Assembly: GCF_009914755.1 (NCBI RefSeq)
Contig: NC_060940.1
Source of the DNA: the human T2T-CHM13v2.0 reference genome, Homo sapiens
DNA: 64,000 nucleotides
Reading direction: 5' to 3' (one strand)
Positions 59,395-64,000 of the stretch are shown here, piece by piece. Numbering within the stretch: position 1 is the first letter of the stretch; every line of letters begins with the position of its first letter. Made by a program: the position numbers and the translations under genes. The notes below the pieces were generated by a model. The model saw only the letters and a program-made list of their open reading frames with translations, had not been told where the DNA came from and did no database searches.

Positions 59395-62300
59395 TAGAGT
59401 AAACTCAACGATTCCATTCAATACCATTCGATGATGATTCCTTTTGAGTCCATTCAATGATTTCATTCAAGTCCATTTGATGATTCCTTTCAATTCCATT
59501 CTATGATGATTCCATTCGAGTCCATTCGATGATTCCATTCGATTGCATTCGATGATTCCATTATATTCCATTCAACGGTGATTCCATTCGAGTCCATTCC
59601 ATGATTCCATTAGAGTACATTTAATGATTGCTTTGTTTTCAATTCGAAGATGATTACATTGGATTCCATTCTATGATACCATTCGATTCCATTCAATGAT
59701 GATTCCACTCAAATCCATTGGATGATTCCATTCGTGTCCATTCGGTGATTTCATTAGATTCCATTCGAGGATGATTCCATTCGATTCCATTCGATGATTC
59801 CATTCAATTCCATTCGATGATGATTCCATTCCAGTCCATATGATCATTCCATTTGATTTCATTCGATGATGATTCCATTCAATTCCATTCGACGATTCCA
59901 TTCTATTCCATTCGATGATGATTCCATTCGAGTCCATTCGATGATTCCATTCGAGTCCATTTAATGATTCCATTGGGTTCAATTCAATGATGATTACATT
60001 GGATTCCGTTCTATGATTCCATTCAATTCCTTTCATTGACAATTTGATTCCATTCGATGATGATTCCATTTGAGTTCATTCGATGATTCTATTCGATTCT
60101 CTTCGATGGTGATTCAATTCTATTATATTGGATGATTCCATTCGATTCCATTTGATGTTGATTCAATTCGATTCTATTCGATGATGATTCCATTGGATTT
60201 CACTTGATGATTCTATTCGATTCCATTCAATGATGATTCACTTCTCGTCCATTGGATGATTCCATTTCATTCCATTCGATGATGATTCCATTCGATTCCA
60301 TTCGATGATTCCATTTGATTCCATGCGTCGGTGAGCAATTCGATTCAATTCCATGATGATTCTATTTGATTCAATTAGATGATGTTTCCATTCGAATCCA
60401 TTCCATGATTATTCCATTGGAATCCATTCGGCGATGATTCCATATGAGTCAATTCAATGATGATTCCATATGGGTCCGTTCGATGATAATTCCATTTGAT
60501 TTCATTCGGTGCTTCTATTCAATTCCAGTCGATGATGATTCCGTTGGAGTCCATACGATGATTCCATTTGATTTCATTTGATGATGATTCCATTCGATGA
60601 TGATTACATTGGATTCCATTCTATGATTCCATTCAATTCCATTCGTTGTTGATTCGATTCCATTCAATGATGATTCCATTTGAGTTCATTCGATGATTCT
60701 ATTCGATTCCGTTCGATGGTGATTCAATTCTCTTATATTGGATGAATCCACTCGATTCCATTTGATGATTATTCCATTGGAGTCCACTTAGTGAATCCTT
60801 CAGATTCTACTCGAAGATGATTCCATTCAAGTCCATTCGATGATACCATTCAATTCCATTCGTTGATGCTTCCATTCAAGTGCATTCGATGATATCATTC
60901 GATTCCATTTGATGATAATTCCATTTGATTCCATGCGATGATTCTATTCGATTCCATTCAATGATAATTCCATTCAGTTCAGTGATTCCTCTGGACTCCA
61001 TTTGATGATGATTCCATTCAATGATTCCATTCGATTCTATTCGAAAATGATTCCATTTGAATCCATTTGATGATGATTCCATTAGATTCCATTTGATGAT
61101 TCCATTCGATTCCATGCGACGATGATTCCATTCGATTCCATGTGATGATTCCATTCTATTCTATTCGATGATGATTCCATTCGATTCCATTCGATGATGA
61201 TTGGATTCGATTCCATTTGATGATTTCATTTGATTCCATTCGTTAATGATTTCGATCGATTCCATTCGATGATTCCATTCGATTCCATTCGATAATGATT
61301 ACATCCGTGTCCATTCAGTGATTCCATTTGAGCCTGTTCGATAATTCCATTTGAGTCCAACCAATGATTCCATTCATTTCCATTCAATGATTCCATTCGA
61401 GTCCATTTGATCATTCCGGTAGGGTCCATTCGATGTTGATTCCATTGGAGTGCATTCGATGATTCCATTCGAGTCCATTTTATGATTTGATTCGAGTCCT
61501 TTCGATGATTCCATTCGATTCCACTCGATGATGATTTCATTCGAGTCCATTCGACACTTCCAATCGATTCCATTTGATGTTTCCATTCGAGTCCAATTGA
61601 TGATTCCATTCAATTCCATTCGATGATGATTCCGTACGATTCCATTCTGTGATGATTCCATGTGATTGCATTCAATGATGATTCCTTTAGATTGCATTCG
61701 ATTGTGATTCATTTCGTCTTCATTCTATGGTTCCACAGGTTTCCATTCGTGTCCATTCCATTATTCCATTCTATTCCATTTGATGATGATTCCATTCGAT
61801 TCCATTCATTGGTGATTCCACTCAATTCCATTCAATGATTCCATTCCATTTCTTTCAACAATGATTCCATTAGTTTCTAATCGATGATCCACTTGATTCC
61901 ATTTGACGACGATTCCATTCTTGTCCATTCGATGATTCCATTTGATTCCATATGATGATGATTCCATTCGATTCCATACCATGATGATTCCATTCGAGTC
62001 CATTCAATGGTGATTCCATTCAATTCCATTCGATGATTCCTTTCGATTCCATTCGATGATGATGGCATTCGATTCCTTTCAATCATTCCCTTTGATTCCA
62101 TTCAAAGGTGATTTCATTCAAGTCCATTCGATAATTGCATTCGATTCCATTCTATGATGATTCCATTCGAGTCCATTTGATGATTCCATTCAATTCAAAT
62201 CAATGATGATTCCATTCGATTCCATTCGATGATTCCATTGGATTCCATTCGATGATGATTCCATTCAAATCCATTCGATAATTCAATTCAAGTCCATTCG

Positions 62301-63031
62301 ATGATGATTAAAATCGAATCCATTCAAAGATTCCATTCAGTTCCATTCGATGATTCCCTTAGATTCCATTCGATGATTCCACTTGATTTCATTTACGATG
62401 ATTCCATTCGATTCCATGTGATGATTCCATTCAATTCTATACAATGCTGTTTCCATTTGATTCCATTCGACCATGATTGCCTTTGATTCCATTCAATGAC
62501 TCCATTCGGTTCCTTTTGATGATGATTCCGTTCGATTCCATTTCATTATTCCATTTGATTCCATTGGATGAGTCCATTCGATTACATTCGATGATTATTC
62601 CATTCGAGTGCATTAGATGATTCCATTCGAGTCCATTCGATGATTCCATTCGATTCCATTCGATGACTCCATTGGAGTCCATTTGATTGTTCCATTCGAT
62701 TCCATTCGATTCCTTTCGAAGATTATTCCATTTGAGTCCATTCGATGATGATTCCATTCCATTCCATTCGATGATTCCGTTTGATTCCATTCGATGATTC
62801 CCTTCGATTCCTTTCTTTGATGATTCCATTCCATTCCATTCAATGATTCCATTCGAATCTATTCCATGATGATTCCTTTCGATTCCATTCGCTGATGTTT
62901 CCGTTCAATTCCATTCGATGATGATTCCATTCGATTCCATTCATTGAGGATTCCATTTGATTCCATTCAATGATGATTCCATTCTATTCCATTCAATGAT
63001 TGCATTCAATTCCATTCAATGATTATCCCAT
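59395..63031 (+). repeat. Shortened unit (3637 bp; 2475 bp shorter than canonical)
   Basis: Junction at ~62662-62665 fuses unit position ~3350 to ~5830. The chimeric ORF 62437..62829 spans it. Confidence 0.9.
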
Positions 63032-64000
63032 TAGAGTAAACTCAACGATTCCATTCAATACCATTCGATGATGATTCCTTTTGAGTCCATTCAATGATTT
63101 CATTCAAGTCCATTTGATGATTCCTTTCAATTCCATTCTATGATGATTCCATTCGAGTCCATTCGATGATTCCATTCGATTGCATTCGATGATTCCATTA
63201 TATTCCATTCAACGGTGATTCCATTCGAGTCCATTCCATGATTCCATTAGAGTACATTTAATGATTGCTTTGTTTTCAATTCGAAGATGATTACATTGGA
63301 TTCCATTCTATGATACCATTCGATTCCATTCAATGATGATTCCACTCAAATCCATTGGATGATTCCATTCGTGTCCATTCGGTGATTTCATTAGATTCCA
63401 TTCGAGGATGATTCCATTCGATTCCATTCGATGATTCCATTCAATTCCATTCGATGATGATTCCATTCCAGTCCATATGATCATTCCATTTGATTTCATT
63501 CGATGATGATTCCATTCAATTCCATTCGACGATTCCATTCTATTCCATTCGATGATGATTCCATTCGAGTCCATTCGATGATTCCATTCGAGTCCATTTA
63601 ATGATTCCATTGGGTTCAATTCAATGATGATTACATTGGATTCCGTTCTATGATTCCATTCAATTCCTTTCATTGACAATTTGATTCCATTCGATGATGA
63701 TTCCATTTGAGTTCATTCGATGATTCTATTCGATTCTCTTCGATGGTGATTCAATTCTATTATATTGGATGATTCCATTCGATTCCATTTGATGTTGATT
63801 CAATTCGATTCTATTCGATGATGATTCCATTGGATTTCACTTGATGATTCTATTCGATTCCATTCAATGATGATTCACTTCTCGTCCATTGGATGATTCC
63901 ATTTCATTCCATTCGATGATGATTCCATTCGATTCCATTCGATGATTCCATTTGATTCCATGCGTCGGTGAGCAATTCGATTCAATTCCATGATGATTCT
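63032..64000 (+). repeat. Start of the next unit (partial, runs off the window)
   Basis: Landmark at 63032. Matches 59395-60363. Confidence 0.9.

Larger units (their letters stand above)
1..64000 (+). repeat. Human satellite II (HSATII/HSat2) pericentromeric array, probably the HSat2B type with a 6.1-kb higher-order unit
   Basis: Continuous (ATTCC ATTCG)1-2(ATG)1-2 pattern, e.g. GATGATTCCATTCGAGTCCATTC, with dense TCGA sites and the same strand polarity throughout. Family assignment is confident. Assignment to chromosome 16q11.2 is an inference from the recalled ~6.1-kb period. Confidence 0.97.

Noticed and set aside
62301-62486. The only plus-strand ORF (61 aa)
   Set aside because: Chance stop-free frame created by copy-specific substitutions. 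It is absent from homologous copies.
360-63706. Numerous minus-strand ORFs encoding MESSNGIEWNH-like repeats
   Set aside because: These are automatic translations of the GGAAT strand, which supplies ATG in nearly every module and few stops, while the + strand is full of TGA. The ORFs overlap in several frames, recur with the repeat period and are broken by random SNVs. There is no sign of coding constraint.
1-64000. CRISPR-like or other prokaryotic repeat system
   Set aside because: The 23/26-bp repeats are contiguous with no unique spacers, leader or cas genes.
1-64000. Satellite III, alpha satellite or telomeric repeat
   Set aside because: Regular GATGAT and CATTCG modules are diagnostic of HSat2. 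Pure (CATTC)n runs are at most 3-4 long, and there is no 171-bp monomer or TTAGGG.
1-64000. Inversion or embedded transposon (Alu/L1)
   Set aside because: I saw no GGAAT-strand stretch, poly-A tail or non-satellite island. A very short one could have been missed by eye.

Overview
The whole 64 kb is one uninterrupted, single-orientation array of human-type classical satellite II (HSATII/HSat2), with CATTC on the + strand. It is built from 10/13/16-bp modules (GATTCCATTC, GATGATTCCATTC, GATGATGATTCCATTC) that combine into the 23/26-bp HSat2 repeat. I find no genes, RNA genes, transposons or CRISPR arrays, and the ORF track is a by-product of translating the satellite. The rare landmark TAGAGTAAACTCAACG occurs at 84, 6196, 12161, 21689, 31719, 37188, 47171, 53283, 59395 and 63032 (spacings 6112, 5965, 9528, 10030, 5469, 9983, 6112, 6112, 3637). 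This defines a 6112-bp higher-order unit. From memory this matches the ~6.1-kb unit of HSat2B at chromosome 16q11.2, but I have not verified the locus. Between ~12.2 and ~47.2 kb the canonical unit is replaced by four copies of a ~9.98-kb super-unit carrying a ~1.83-kb diverged satellite block ('block X') that the 6112-bp unit lacks. What is interesting here is array architecture and mutation history: module-sized indels, microhomology junctions, a re-used breakpoint, mosaic copies, and a locally hypermutated copy containing a perfect heat-shock element. I see no evidence for a new coding system. All coordinates and spacings were derived by hand from the sequence and from ORF-track offsets.
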